From Botryllus schlosseri (Eukaryota), in NCBI GenBank assembly GCA_051294905.1, contig CM119371.1:1180001-1244000 (forward strand): a stretch of DNA of 64,000 nt, given 5' to 3'. Numbering within the stretch: the stretch's first letter is position 1; each line of letters opens with the position of its first letter. The notes under the pieces were generated by a model. The model was not told the origin of the DNA. It did no database searches and was given only the letters and a program-made list of their open reading frames with translations. Shown piece by piece: positions 1 to 12,801 of the stretch. A program made the position numbers and the translations under genes.

Positions 1-74
1 CAATCAATTACATAACTTACATTGTTAGTTGTGTTTTAGCTAGTTGCGGATTTTCAAAGGTCATTAGCTCTCGT

Positions 75-502
75 TGAGGTTGCATTTAAAACAAACGGTG
101 TTTTAAAAAAACATTGTCTAAAACATGTTTCAAACAGTTTGTAAACAGAAGTCGTTAAAAATAAAATTGTGTAAAGCTATGCATGCCATAGGTGCGTAAA
201 TACTTTCCCAACAACATTGTATGAGCCGAAGAACAATTGCGACCCAATATAGCCGACGTATATCGATATTGGATGGTTGGAACTCTAAAAATAGGTGGTT
301 CAACAGTAAAAGTACATATATTTCGTCAAAGGAACTATATTCATCCTATATTTTCAATTGTCAATGCCAATCCAATATGACATCACAATTGAATATTCGT
401 GAAGTCGTGACTTGAATAAAAATTAAAACAACATGCTTTAAACTAGGGCTTTGTTTATATCATGTTTGTTTTAAATTGATTTTTGTTTTGAATCCAACCC
501 TA
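75..502. mobile_element. MITE with T(A/G)(G/A)GGTTG...CAACCCTA termini
   Basis: Imperfect TIRs (tgaggttgcatttaaaacaaa / tttgttttgaatccaacccta); an inverted copy of the same family starts at ~15013 (tagggttgcatttaaaacaaaaatcaattt). Confidence 0.65.
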
Positions 503-1371
503 GTTTTAGTTATAGTTCTAGTTGTCAGTTTTGAAAGTAAATTTTTTCAAACAATAAATATGATTATATTGGTATTTTCTGTTGATGCTCATGAATGACA
601 AGATTTTGAACATTTTTAGTCTCAAAATCTCACAATATGAACATTTATTGTTCGACAATAATGCGCGAAATGAGAGGTAAGGCGCAGGACGGGCCAAGCC
701 TCCTTTAATTAATGCAATAATTCATCGTAAATAGCTTTGAATATATAACCGATGTTAATCGAATTAAATAATCACACTGATCCCGAAGTTCTAGATATTG
801 ATCGACTTCTCAATTCTAAAAGTATTCGACGGTAACGTAATGTTGCGCTATACGCCTACATTTTAGCGGCAGTAGTAGAAAGGCACTTTTAGCAATCAAG
901 AACGTGGATATCGCTATGGTACTGTTTGTAAGTTGAATTTGTAAACGTGCATGTCACCTGCACGGCAGTTCATTTGTCGCAGCAGATCCAGACAGAAGTA
1001 AAGTGGGTAATTTTGATTCACAGATGATGAATGACATTACAGAAATTTCTGACTGCTCTTAAGATACTATATTTCATAAAATTTGTTCGACAAACACTGC
1101 GCACTTCCGCTTTTTTGATGTAATTAACCAGGAATGTCAAACGCATTTCCACGCAAATCGTGCATCACGCGTGAGGATTGGGGCTCTTCAAAAATGACTT
1201 CTTTTCTCAAATCGTACTGGCTACTTGATAAAATAGTTAGGGTACCTGATTTAAACCCACACACCCAATTTGGTTCAATTCCAACCAGTAGCCGCATTGC
1301 TACAGGAGAAGGAAGTTTCTATTTATATAACAAAAAATTGAAAATTTTCTGTTTACCCCGGTTGTCTAGAG

Positions 1372-1739
1372 CAGTGGTTCCCAACGTGGGCGATTTGGCG
1401 GTCTAGGGGGGGCGAAAATGACGAAGGGGGCGACAGGGGGGCGAAAATGGACAAAGGGGGCGACGGGGGGCGAAAATAGCAAAGGGGGCGATAGGGGGGC
1501 GATGGCGCGTCAAAACGGCTTACCTTTTTTTTCTTAGTCAACCCACGGAAATTTAGTTACAAAAGTGTGTCAAACTAGACATCGAGCTGAAAATTTGACC
1601 TTTTTTTTTAGTCAACCCGCCTGTGATTACAGTTTGTATTGTTTGTATTCCCAATTTTCGGTACACAAAATTTGGGGAGCGATGATCGGTGTTGACCTTG
1701 AAAAGGGGGCGATGGGTCGAAAAAGGTTTGGGACCACTG
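1372..1739. mobile_element. hAT/Charlie-type MITE, copy 1
   Basis: TIRs cagtggttcccaac / gtttgggaccactg; flanked by gtctagag / gtctagac (NTCTAGAN target typical of Charlie elements); internal ggggcga repeats. Confidence 0.85.
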
Positions 1740-1754
1740 GTCTAGACTCTAGAG

Positions 1755-2071
1755 CAGTTGTTCCCAACGTGGGCGATATCGCCCCCCAGGGTGCGATTTG
1801 GCGATCTAGGGGGGCGAAAATGACGAAGGGGGCGACATGGGGGCGGAAATGGACAAAGGGGGCGACGGGGGGCGAAAATAGCGAAGGGGGCGATGACGCG
1901 TAAAAAACGTTATTTTCAGCTCTGAGCGGAGAAAGATGGCCTATTTTTTTAGTCAACCCGCCGGTGATTACAGTCTGTATGCCCATTTATCGGTGCACAA
2001 AATTTGGGGGGCGATGATCGGTGTTGACCTTGAAAAGGGGGCGATGGGTCGAAAAAGGTTGGGAACCACTG
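1755..2071. mobile_element. hAT/Charlie-type MITE, copy 2 (tandem to copy 1)
   Basis: TIRs cagttgttcccaac / gttgggaaccactg; perfect TSD ctctagag at 1747-1754 and 2072-2079. Confidence 0.9.
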
Positions 2072-3481
2072 CTCTAGAGCAAACGCTGTTCACCAAGTTT
2101 GGTTCAATTTCAAACAGCGGAAGCAGAGTTATTGCCGTCAAAAAATTGGGATTTGAATAAAATAGTATTCACGGTGGGCACCACTATGATAAATAATTGA
2201 AGAATTGGTTACCGTAATTACTAAACAACCGTAATTACAAACCAAATTTGGTGTGTAGGCTTAAATTAGGTAACCTAATAATTTTATCAATTAGCCAGTA
2301 CGATTTGAGAAAAAAAGTCATTTTTGAAGAGCCCTAGTGAGGATACTTATACTAGCAGTCACCCACAGTTCAAGTATGTATTTCCAAGCTTACAACAATC
2401 CGAAATAATGATCTCTGCGGCCGGAAAATCTGTAACTGATGTAGTTTCCTCAACTTTACTTCTCAATTCTCAAATTCATCGCCTGAACTACAAGCCTATA
2501 TTTTGACGGCAGTGCAGGCACGTTATCTAACAATCACATTTTGGATAGCTAGTTTGTATTTCGGATTCGTCAACGTGAACATCACTTCCAAACGAGTTCA
2601 TTTTACTCTCGTGATTAGGACAACAATGGTGATTTGAAAATTACATTATCACACATTATCATATTACCATGCCATGACTGCTCTCCTCTCCGATGAATCA
2701 ACCTTAAACCTAATCCAGCCTTCAAAGCAATATGTCGGGGAAAGCGTATTAGCGGGGAATATTGATTGCCTGTATGTATGACAGCAATTCTGATTTCGAG
2801 CCCCATTTAGATTATATTGATTGTTTGCTATAGACTAGAATTATATTGCATAGAATTCTAAAATGTGAAGAAATGTCTCGCGGCACCCTTGCGAGACGTG
2901 AATGGCACATTAATTTGGGGCGGCACACCGGTTGAAAACCACTGCCTATGCGTTCCTTTACACTTTCAATCGACACAAACAGACCGTCTAAATTCGCTAT
3001 TACAATTGTTATGCCAAGTGGGCAACGACTTGGATCGCAAATTCACTACTGTGTGCGTCGTTACTAGTTTCTTCACATTTCGAAAACAGTCCGGTTATCA
3101 GGTTGTGAGATGTTCTCCTAATAGTGAACTACCGGTAATCGGCGGAATTTGGTACCATCGTTGGCCGTGACAGTTGCGATTCCAATGTGTTTGGTATTTA
3201 TTAGGCACAACACTGATTCCTGATCACATAGCGATTTTTTTACAAGTGCGAGTTAATGAATGAACACTATTTTTAAAACATACTATACTCTGATGACAAA
3301 TTCATATGGCCGCATATTAAATGTGGAACTGGACAGATTTTCTCGCAACTATTTGTCGGTGAATTCATGGCGCTCATTGTCCATTATTGCTTACCCTCTC
3401 ACTCACACCTGACACCATTACGTAATCAAACTGATCGGTTGTATCAAATTTGATCGCGCGAGAAAACATAATCAGCATGGA

Positions 3482-3625
3482 TCAACCAAACCCCACATTT
3501 TCGACGAATCGGTACATTGGTGCTTGTAATGCTATCCTTGGCGATATTACTGAATTTGGTTTGGCATAAGTGGCGAATAATTCGATATCATACAATCGAA
3601 AATGGCCCCTTTCTATATACTGTTT
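3482..3625 (-). CDS. NLR/NACHT gene, putative terminal exon 5 (KQYIERGHF...VGFG*)
   Basis: Acceptor tctcttccAG; phase 0 matches the exon 4 donor; 47 open codons ending in TGA. Confidence 0.6.
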   Translation of the reverse strand, partial: KQYIERGHFRLYDIELFATYAKPNSVISPRIALQAPMYRFVENVGFG

Positions 3626-4022
3626 CTGGAAGAGACCAAATCGGAAGAAAAAATTATTGTTGTAAGCCGGGTTAAAATTTTAAACTTAATCTGCGGCGTA
3701 TTAATTCTGGTTCTAAATTTCGGGCAGTAAAGGATATCTTTACTCGAGATGCTAAGCAATATTTCCTCGAAGCTGCGCACGTGCGCAATTGCGCAGAAAA
3801 TCTAAGTTGCCGCACAAAAAATCCGATGTGATGATCTTTTTTTCAGTCGGTACGCACTGCTGTCCGCGAAATTATGACCCAGAATGGATTGCTACGAAAA
3901 GATGTGAATATTGCACCATATCATATCTGAAGAGGGGAGGCTTCAAAATGAGATAAATTCCAGAATAACAAACGATATATAGTTTTCCTACGAAATGAAT
4001 CATTTGAAAAAGTATAACTCAC

Positions 4023-4336
4023 TCGTATTCGATTTTCCAGACACCTTGCAATGATGCCCAAAAGCTCGTCGTCGATACTGCAGTAGCTTAAATTCAAAGA
4101 AGGAAGGCTTTGATTCCTTGCTGCGAGCGATCCAACGATATGAGCTTCATCGCGATTTAATGAGATGTTAGATGTGTCGATGACGGAGAGATCTTTAATA
4201 AGATTGTCGTCGCCAGATTCGTAGATTGCTGTATATAGTTCCATGCGAACGAATCTGTCTTCGTATTCAGTCTTATCATGAAGTTGTGAACGGATCGATT
4301 GATATAAAGCTTGTTGCTTCTGTGTTTGATCCGAGA
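4023..4336 (-). CDS. NLR/NACHT gene exon 4 (helical domain plus RI-like LRR)
   Basis: Acceptor gtgacAG (phase 1), donor GTGAGT (phase 0); encodes 'ELYTAIYES' and LRR-like 'LPSLNLSYCSIDDELLGII'. Confidence 0.8.
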
Positions 4337-4544
4337 CTGTCACGCAATACACAATGTCAATGTCATTGTCGTTGTCATTGTACCGGTATTCGTAATGTTT
4401 GCCTAATCGTATACGTAACAATGAATAATTCACGCGACTGTGATGAGGCAGGGTTCAGATGGAGTCATTGAGCTCAAATGTCTAGTTTACAATAACAAGA
4501 GCATTTCATGCGCATCAATATCGTATGTTCGACTAACATCGGCT

Positions 4545-4743
4545 CCAGAATTCATACCTAAGTGTTGGAGGTTTATTTAGGCTCACCCTCCGGAAGCTAT
4601 ATCTTTCAAAGAGCTTAGAAGTGGGCCGTGCTACAAGTCGGCGGATGCGAAATCAAAAATACAAAATATCGGCCTGGCGTAAATGACACCTTTAGTCGAC
4701 AGACACCATAAATACACGAAACAAACAATCAAACAAACAAACA
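4545..4743 (+). repeat. SINE-like interspersed repeat with (AAAC)n-type tail
   Basis: Shares gggccgtgctacaagtcggc and downstream sequence with ~42085-42290; ends in aaacaaacaatcaaacaaacaa. Confidence 0.45.
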
Positions 4744-5006
4744 ATGTCACATAGTGATCATCGATGAGCCCTGGTAGCGCTCACGATCAATAACCTGTGA
4801 AGTTATGCACATTTTAGATACATAAGTTTTATTTAGCCGTCTGAATGTAAAGACTTATTTACCGGCCGTGTATGAATTTAAGATCTTTCGACTATTTCAC
4901 CCCTTCGATTGTGACGATACCATCAAATTCATGATAAACTATAAGCGACCCATAATAATCAATCGGTGCTGTGGCAGAATAGCCGCGGAAAACCATGATT
5001 ACTCAC

Positions 5007-6446
5007 CGCTGTGAAGATCGTTATTAGATTTCATGTAAACGATGCCTGTAACGAATCTTCGAACCACGGACCATCGTTTCTCATGTAGATGTTGGCCATC
5101 AAAGCGAATGAACATTTCGAGCTCCATTTCTGAGATAAAACTAGCTGCCAGAAATTCTTGCATACTTTGATGACAGAAGAAGAATGTGAAGTCGCCTTCC
5201 ATCAAGCGACGGCTGAGGATGTTAGTGTCGGGAACTTTTGTCATCAAATCTTGTACTTCGTCCGCGGAAAGTTCAAAGTGATCTAGGTCCGTCTTGTAGA
5301 ATACGACTCGCCCCTCTTTCATGCCTTCAAACGCCATTGCCTTCAATTTGTGGATAATCGAGAGGATTTCCTTATACTTTCGGATATTTTCCACACTCCG
5401 TAAGACTAACAGGATCCTGCTGTAAAGTTCTGTCACGGTAGACGGAGGAGGTTTTTTTGGATCAATTCCCATCACCACTGCTATCAAAATTAGGAAAACC
5501 GGGACCGATAATAGATGTATCAATCGCGGTGACATGATTTCAATCTTCTCCCAGAGATGCTTCCCGTTGTCACAGAGAAGACTAGTGAACAGTTTATAAG
5601 CATCTTGTGGTATGAGACCATTGAGTGTGATTATTTCTTCAGGGCGTGCTGGTGCCGGTAATTCGGAGACTTTGAATTCACGGGACGAGACGATGATCTT
5701 GACGTGACAAAGGATCTTGCGGGATAAGATATTGAACATGATGATCGCAGAGCTCGCTTTTTGATACGGTGTAATTTTTCGGACGCTACACTCCTCAAAA
5801 CCCCATTTCATTTGATCAAGCCCGTCAAAAATGATAGTTGCATCAGTTTGATTCTTGTCCAGCAATTCGAAAGCTTCGTCCTCTTCAGATTCATCTTTGA
5901 AGAGACCGTCGAATAGAAACTTGGCTGTTTTTATACCGTTCTCGTCTTCCTTGTTCTTCAATTCAATGTAATGTATCATTTTTGGTTTCGGTTCACCGGT
6001 TTCTTTCACAGAGAAACTTCGTACCGCGTTTTGAGCAATTCTACGCATGAGAGTAGTTTTGCCAGATCCTGCAGACGCGACGATAGCAGTGTAACCAATT
6101 TTATCATTAGGAGGTAATTTCTCAGACTTTATCACCGATTCCATTATCTCTTCCATTGTTATTGTTCTACTGTTATTGTCGGATTGATGGTAAAACCCTA
6201 CTTCCTCGATCAATTGACTTTGAAAGCCTTTCCTTCCATATCCGCTAACAGCTTTGACATTTGAAGATTTCTTTTCGCGAAAACGCCCTTTGTAGTAGTC
6301 ATCAACACTGACTTTTTTCATCAGCGGGAAAACTTCAAAGTCTGGTTCGCGAAGAATTTCATTTTTGAAGTCTTCTCGAATTCCACTTGCCGTTTCTTGT
6401 CGAGTGTTGTCGTTTATAACCTGAATCAATCTACTGGGATCAACAC
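5007..6446 (-). CDS. NLR/NACHT gene exon 3 (NACHT NTPase plus winged helix)
   Basis: Walker A ASAGSGKTT, Walker B IIFDGLDQ, sensor-1 IIVSSR, 'SVPVFL', winged-helix FCHQSMQEFLAA; acceptor ttttttgcAG, donor GTGAGT, phase 1-1; 1440 nt open. Confidence 0.93.
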
Positions 6447-6515
6447 CTGCAAAAAAGAGAGCTTGAATTAGGAAATATCTCGAGAGTGCTATATCGAGCG
6501 GTAGGCTATATATCT

Positions 6516-6723
6516 TGTCGTGTTGTGCCGGATTCGCTATAGCGTATCACGTGAGCGCTGTCATGCCCCATGGGCCATGAGCGATCATGGTGCTGCCTGC
6601 GCAGTAATCATTCATTTATGCATCTGACCTTACTTAGTGAGGATCGCTAGTTTATTGTGTCAGCGCTAGTCGGGATATTGTTAATAAAAGCCTACCATAA
6701 GCTCATTGGTCTGGTTCATCACA
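6516..6723 (+). repeat. 5' LTR
   Basis: tgtcgtg...catcaca; contains AATAAA; near-identical to 12594-12801. Confidence 0.95.
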
Positions 6724-6766
6724 ATTTTATTAACAATATCCCGACTAGCGCGCACACAAGAAACGG

Positions 6767-9700
6767 ATGGCGTCTGCCGAAGAGAGATTGTATCATGTTC
6801 CGACTCTCAAAGTTTTGCCGAGTGCTCCGGGAGCTGAACTGGTGTTCAAGCATTGGAAAGATATGCTTGTTAGTTTTATCAAAGCCGCGGACGATCGCCG
6901 TCGTCAGTCTTCTGCGTCAACATCGTCTACGCCCGGCTCTGAGCAAGGTCCGCCTCAACAGTCGGGCAGCCCGAAAAGGCGATCGAGGTCCTAGAGCAGT
7001 GTTTCTCAACCCCGAGTCCGCGGACTCAAATGAGTCCGCGGAAGGTCCTTGGTGAGTCCGCGAACACAGGAATTTTCAGTAACTTAATCGGCTCGGCACG
7101 CTTTTTCTTCCACTTCCGATATGATTTCGGATCATGTAATTGACAGACCTACGGGGCTCGTTCACTTTCGGACCAAAGTCATTGCAGCCTTACGGAGAAA
7201 ATAGCTTTTTGGTCCGAAAGTGAATGAGCCCCGTCCCGGTGCGGTTTCGTCAAATTCCGATTTGAGAATTAGGCCGAGTGATTTGCAAAATACCTATTTT
7301 GAAATGTTAGTAACCTTAATAGCTGTCATAAAAAATGCATAGATACCTCAAATATGTGACTGGCGGCACTCAACTTCAATAGTGCTTTCAGAACTACATT
7401 CATTGCAGTAGAATTTATTACCTCGGTGACTTTTCGGGTTTCCCTTATCAAGAATTAACGGCACCATAAAAAGGATAAAGAGTTTTTATACAATCTTTCA
7501 ATATTCCGCTGATTGTATAATTTGATTCTCTAATATCTCTTTATTATGACTACCGGAGTACCGGTACAGCTGACTTTGGCCAGCTACCGATCCTTTTTCT
7601 CATTGCATTGTTACGTCACATTTTGCCAATTTGAATTTTGTTTGAATCTCTTTCTATATGCTTCTTATTGTGCCGTTACCTCTTGTTGATAAGAGGCATA
7701 CGAAATTCCTGCAAGTTAATAAATTATACTGCAGTGAATGTAGTTTTAAAAGCAATATTAGAGATACCTCAATAGGCGATGTTTGGCCACGTATATTTCA
7801 AATGCAAGAACAACGAAACAGCACCACTACAAATTAATCAGCATTCCAAGCATTATTGGTTCTCCTGAGATTTTCTGTGTCTTGGGCAAACCAGTTGGTT
7901 GCAAGTATCACAGGCAAAACGGGTATGCTTTGCACATCTGTCGCATCATCCTGGTTTGATACCAATCACGCCAGGTAAAAAACCCCTATTATCGCCAACT
8001 GGAATTTTTCAAAATGCCCTACATTTATGTTCGAGGTGGCCTATTGCTAAAATTGTCATAAGCAATTCTATCACGGTCATAAACTCTACAATTTTGGTCG
8101 GATTGACATGAATTTAGTACGAATGGACTCGGAATTTAATGCAGCGTGTTCGCTATTAACAATTCACATACAGAATATCCCAGGTATAAACCCCTGGGAC
8201 AGCTCTTTATACACACGGTTGCGGGACCGTAACTGCCGTACACCAAACCCCCATAATTGAGGGGGGACCTCGAAGGGAGCCAAAACTATTCGTGAATTGA
8301 CATAAATTATAGAGTGTTTTTTTTTTTAATTTATGCAACTTTTTATAAAAATTATATCATTATATCATATTCCGAAACGTCTCACTCAGCTCGACCGATA
8401 AATCTGAATGCATGAGCAGATATGGCATAAAAAATTTACAGCTATATATATATAGATGCAATCCCCGATCCTGTTGACCGATTCAATCATGAATTATGGA
8501 ATATTTTCGCGCCTCGCGCGGTTTATTCGAAACAAAACGACTGAATGAACGGTACAAAAATTTCGCTGAGAAGTGGCGGTAAAAAGGTATCGGAAGGGGG
8601 GGGCTGGGGGTAAAGCCCACCGGAAGTTGGGTTTATGGCCTGTGTGGCCCTAGACCAACGTTTTGTTATTGAGAGGGGCTGACGAAGTGCTGTTATGGTC
8701 CTGCACGTAAGCACATTGCACAGGTTTCCGGCGCGATATACGATGAGTGCTGGTAATTGATTATGGCGACTTGTTAACTTACAGATTATTTGGAAAATTA
8801 CAAATCGTGGGGACATGTGCTAATCACAGAAACAATCTATAGTTGTCTAATATAAGTGGAACTCGAGATGTAGACTGCATTACTGAATAGTTGCTTGAAT
8901 TGCAAAGCCGACAGATGTGGAAAGACAGATTTCAGAAAGCTTCCTTGACTCAATTTTAGCTCATTTTTTTGTTGATACCGTATTACACTCTCCTGGATAG
9001 AAAAAAAAAAAATTTTTCTGTAATATATAGCTTGAGTCCGCGGGTATACTGGCGAGCTTGAGATGAGTCCGCGGGTAAAAAAGGTTGAGAACCACTGTCC
9101 TAGAGGGACTGTATTTGGTGAAGAGAAATATCATATATGCTCGACATACAATCTCCACGAGCACTCAGCAGCCAGGAGAAAACGTCATGGAGTTTTTCCA
9201 GAGACTGTTGTCACTTGCGAAGAATTGCAGGTTCGAGGCCGTGTCAGCTGAGGATCACCGTAAGCAATCTATCAGAGATGCGTTAATTGCTGGCTTGTCG
9301 TCCAATGCAATACGATTACATTTGCTGGAGTTTGATCAGCTGACTCTTGATAAAGCTGTTCAAGTTGCAGATTCACTGGAGAGAGCGCAGAAATGTTCCG
9401 CGATATACATGAATCCTTCAATCGAAGCCGATGATGGCTGGAAGGTTAGTCAGGCCACATCCTCCGAGTCGCAGTCACGATACGAAGAGGACTCTGATGG
9501 ACATTCCTTAGCCGTCTCGCGGAGAAGTGGGAACCGAAACCCGTTGTCGAAGGCAAAGAAATGTTCTAGTTGTGGAAACCGACACGGGCGGGTCTGGAAA
9601 TGTCCAGCAAGGAATGCTGTCTGTTTCAACTGTGGAGTAAAAGGACACTTTGACAAGATGTGCTTGAATTCTATTCAATCCGACGAAGAGTCCGATGAAT

Positions 9701-9879
9701 TAGCAGCCATGATTGCTTCAATTCCTGCCTCACTTTCGAAAGCGGCAGTGTTCATTGCTATTAAGCGAAAGAAGTTTGATGGATTGTTGGACAGCGGAGC
9801 CTCAGACAATTATTTGAGTCTTGAGATAGTGCGGGGGCTGAAACTCAAATGGTTTGGTAAAAAAAAAGCATCAAGTTAG
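6767..9879 (+). pseudogene. gag: gag-protease, interrupted by a hAT insertion and frameshifted
   Basis: N-terminal 'VFKHWK'; removing the insert restores EKAIEVLEGLYLVKRNIIYARH in a different frame from the ATG; zinc knuckles CSSCGNRH..C and CFNCGVKGHFDKMC; aspartic protease LLDSGAS. Confidence 0.85.
6997..9097. mobile_element. Non-autonomous hAT (Charlie-like) DNA transposon, 2.1 kb, inserted in gag
   Basis: TIRs cagtgtttctcaacc / ggttgagaaccactg; perfect 8-bp TSD tcctagag (6989-6996, 9098-9105); subterminal gagtccgcg repeats; no transposase ORF. Confidence 0.93.
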
Positions 9880-9911
9880 CAGATAAAGGAAAGCGATCAA
9901 CTGTTCACGGA

Positions 9912-12509
9912 ATGCTATATCTGTCATTTGAGCTGAACGGGCGGAAGTATTCTGATGTAGTGTTCGGTGTTATCGAGTACTTATGCGCTGATGTGGTCTT
10001 AGGCCAATCATTTATGAAAAAGCACCGTAAAGTATTTGAATTAGGGGGACCTTTGAACCCCCTTGTTATTCCTGGACGAGACGAGGAACACACTTGCAAC
10101 TTGACTGCAGCAAATGTGGGCACCCCGCCAAGAATATTTCAATTTCTCGATGGGTCGTGTAAACCTATCGCAACTCCATCTAGATCGTATAGTGCTCCGG
10201 ATCGAGAGTTCATCAAGAAGGAGATATCTCGATTGAAAAATGAAAGGATAATCGAGGATTCTAACTCCCCGTGGAGAGCACAGGTGCTAGTCACTGGTGG
10301 ACGACGTCACAAGCAACGCCTGGTCATTGATTATTCCCAAACGATTAATCAATTTACCTTTCTAGATGCGTACCCATTGCCGAAGATTGCAGATGTCGTG
10401 AACGAGGTCGCTAAAGGCAAAGTGTTTAGCTCTATCGACTTGAAGTCGGCGTACCATCAGGTTCCGTTGGAACGAGCTGACAGGCCATTCACTGCATTCG
10501 AGGCCTGCGGGTCACTCTATCAGTTTCGTAGGTTACCCTTTGGCGTCACTAATGGGGTTAGTGCTTTTCAGAGATTTATCGATTCGTTCATCGAAAAGAA
10601 TGCGCTTGAAGGAGCAGTCGCATACTTGGCCGACATTACCATCTACGGCTAGGATCAGAAGGAACATGACGAACGTTTGAAGTCCTTCATGTCAGCAGCG
10701 AAGTCCGCCAATCTGACGATCAACTCCGAGAAATCGACATTTTCTGTAGAAGAGTTAAAGCTCCTTGGGCATCGAATAAGAAGAGGTGAGATCATGCCTG
10801 ACCCTGAGCATTTGAAGCCGCTTATGGAACTGCCACCTCCGAAGAGTGCAAAAGCTTTGAAGAGCTGCCTAGGCCTCTTTGCATAGCCTACTATTCTAAA
10901 TGGATTCCGAGATTTTCCGAGCATGCGAAACCTTTGTTCCATAACGAAAATTTTCCTCTTGAAGGATTGGTTGTCGAAGCCTTCGATAAGTTGAAGAGAT
11001 GTCTCCGTCGCGCTTGTTTAGGTTGCATTTTGGAAGAGGAACCATTTTCCGTCGAGACCGATGCTTCTGATACCACCACAGCTGCTATCCTGAGCCAGCG
11101 TGGAAGACCGGTAGCCTTCCTTCACGAACTCTCATCAAGTCCGAGGCGAAGTATCCGGCCGTGGAAAAAGAAGCGTGTGCAATTATCAGGGCGGTGAGAA
11201 AATGGGGCTATTACTACACGGTAGACGATTCAAAATAATAACCGACCAACAAGCTCTTTCATTAATATTTGACAAGCAGCACAAAAGTAAGATCAAAAAC
11301 ACCAAGCTGGCTCTGTGGCGATTGGAGTTGAGTGAATATACCTACGATATCGAACATAGACCAGGTTTGGAAAATGCAGAAGCTGATGCCTTCACCAGAC
11401 TATGTTCGGCCACTAGTGATTATGGCCTGAGTTTGGAAGAACTTCACGTCTCTTTGGGTCACCCGGGTATTCGCAGACTAATGCATTTTGTACGTTCGAA
11501 AAATCTTCCTTTTTCAGTCGAAGAAGTGAAGAGACAATGCAACCGCTGTAAAGAGTGCGCTGAAATAAAGCCGAAATTCTACAAACCTCCGGCCACGCCG
11601 TTGATCAAAGTGACCAGACCTTGGGAAAGATTGAGCGTGGATTTCAAGGGACCTGTGGACGGGAAAAGGCGGTACCTTCTCATCATGGTTGATGAGTATA
11701 GTCGTTTCCCTTTTGTATTTCCTTGTTCGGATATGCGAGCGTCAACCGTTATTTCACAATTTGTGACGCTGTTCAGCATAATGGGACTTCCCGAATACGT
11801 CCACAGTGACCGATCTCAGTCTTTCATTGGAAACGAAGTGTCACAATTTGTGAAGGAGAAAGGAATCGCGACGAGTCGAACCACGCCCTACCACCCGACT
11901 GGTAACTCCCAATGCGAGCGCGTAAACCAGACAATATGGCGTACAATCAAGCTCATGCTTGCTTCTCGCGGTCTGCCCGACAGCAGTTGGGAGAAAGTAC
12001 TTCCCGATGCATTACACTCGATTCGTTCGTTGTTATGTACCGCTACTAACGAGACTCCGCATTCCAGGTTATTCAAGTTTCCTCGTAAATCAAGCATGGG
12101 CACATCTATGCCTGATTGGCTCTTGGACGGTGGAACTGTGCTCTTGCGACGACATGTCCGACGAAAAGATGAACCTATCTGCGAGCCGGTTGAACTCCTC
12201 GAAGCCAACCCTCAATACTCGTTGATCGAATATCCAGATGGACGACAAACAACCGTATCGAAAAAAGATTTGGCTCGATACCCATCAGAGTCGGATATCG
12301 TCGATACAACTCCTATTCAAACCACGAGTGTTGGCCCCGATGATGACGCTACTGATGACATTAACGTCGAGGAGTCCACTCCCGAGATGGAGACGAGCAG
12401 CGGGACGAACGTCGGAACTGAAGAAGAACTGCGGGCATCTGAACCCCCTGAAGTGCCGTTGAGACGCTCAACTCGTATCAGAAAGGCGCCGGACAGATTT
12501 CAGTACTGA
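9912..12509 (+). pseudogene. pol: pol (RT, RNase H, integrase), disrupted
   Basis: RT motifs SPWRAQV, RLVIDY, IDLKSAYHQ, LPFG; catalytic YxDD reads YLAD, followed by an in-frame TAG at 10650; RNase H VETDAS; integrase HHCC and DDE (SVDF, HSD, QCER); frameshifts between segments. Confidence 0.92.
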
Positions 12510-12593
12510 GTTGAATTATTTTGTAGTGCTATATTTAGTATTTCACGTTGCATTTCATTGTGATATGTCACCCTAATTTTCAGAGGGGGAGAT

Positions 12594-12801
12594 TGTCGTG
12601 TTTTACTGGATTCGCTATAGCGTATCACGTGAGCGCTGTCATGCCCCATGGGCCATGAGCGATCATGGTGCTGCCTGCGCAGTAATCAGTCATTTATGCA
12701 TCTGACCTTACTTAGTGAGGATCGCTAGTTTATTGTGTCAGCGCTAGTCGGGATATTGTTAATAAAAGCCTACCATAAGCTCATTGGTCTGGTTCATCAC
12801 A
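12594..12801 (+). repeat. 3' LTR
   Basis: Directly follows the PPT; followed by TSD tatct. Confidence 0.95.

Larger units (their letters stand above)
1179..2336. mobile_element. hAT-type palindromic MITE hosting two nested MITEs
   Basis: ~100-bp TIRs (gggctcttcaaaaatgactt...aagtcatttttgaagagcccta); 8-bp TSD gtgaggat at 1171-1178 and 2337-2344. Confidence 0.85.
6516..12801 (+). mobile_element. Full-length, decayed Ty3/Gypsy LTR retrotransposon (Mag-like), antisense within the NLR intron
   Basis: 208-bp LTRs at 6516-6723 and 12594-12801 (TG...CA, ~4 mismatches); 5-bp TSD tatct (6511-6515, 12802-12806); PPT agagggggaga at 12582-12592; domain order gag-PR-RT-RH-IN. Confidence 0.97.

Noticed and set aside
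1353..2160. ORFs of 62-119 aa on both strands
   Set aside because: They lie within GC-rich MITEs; spurious.
9855..9912. Programmed ribosomal frameshift at the A-run after the protease motif
   Set aside because: It falls inside the protease domain of an element with several other lesions; mutation or homopolymer error is more likely.
9450..12462. Antisense and alternate-frame ORFs overlapping gag/pol
   Set aside because: Shadow ORFs of the retroelement with no recognisable motifs.
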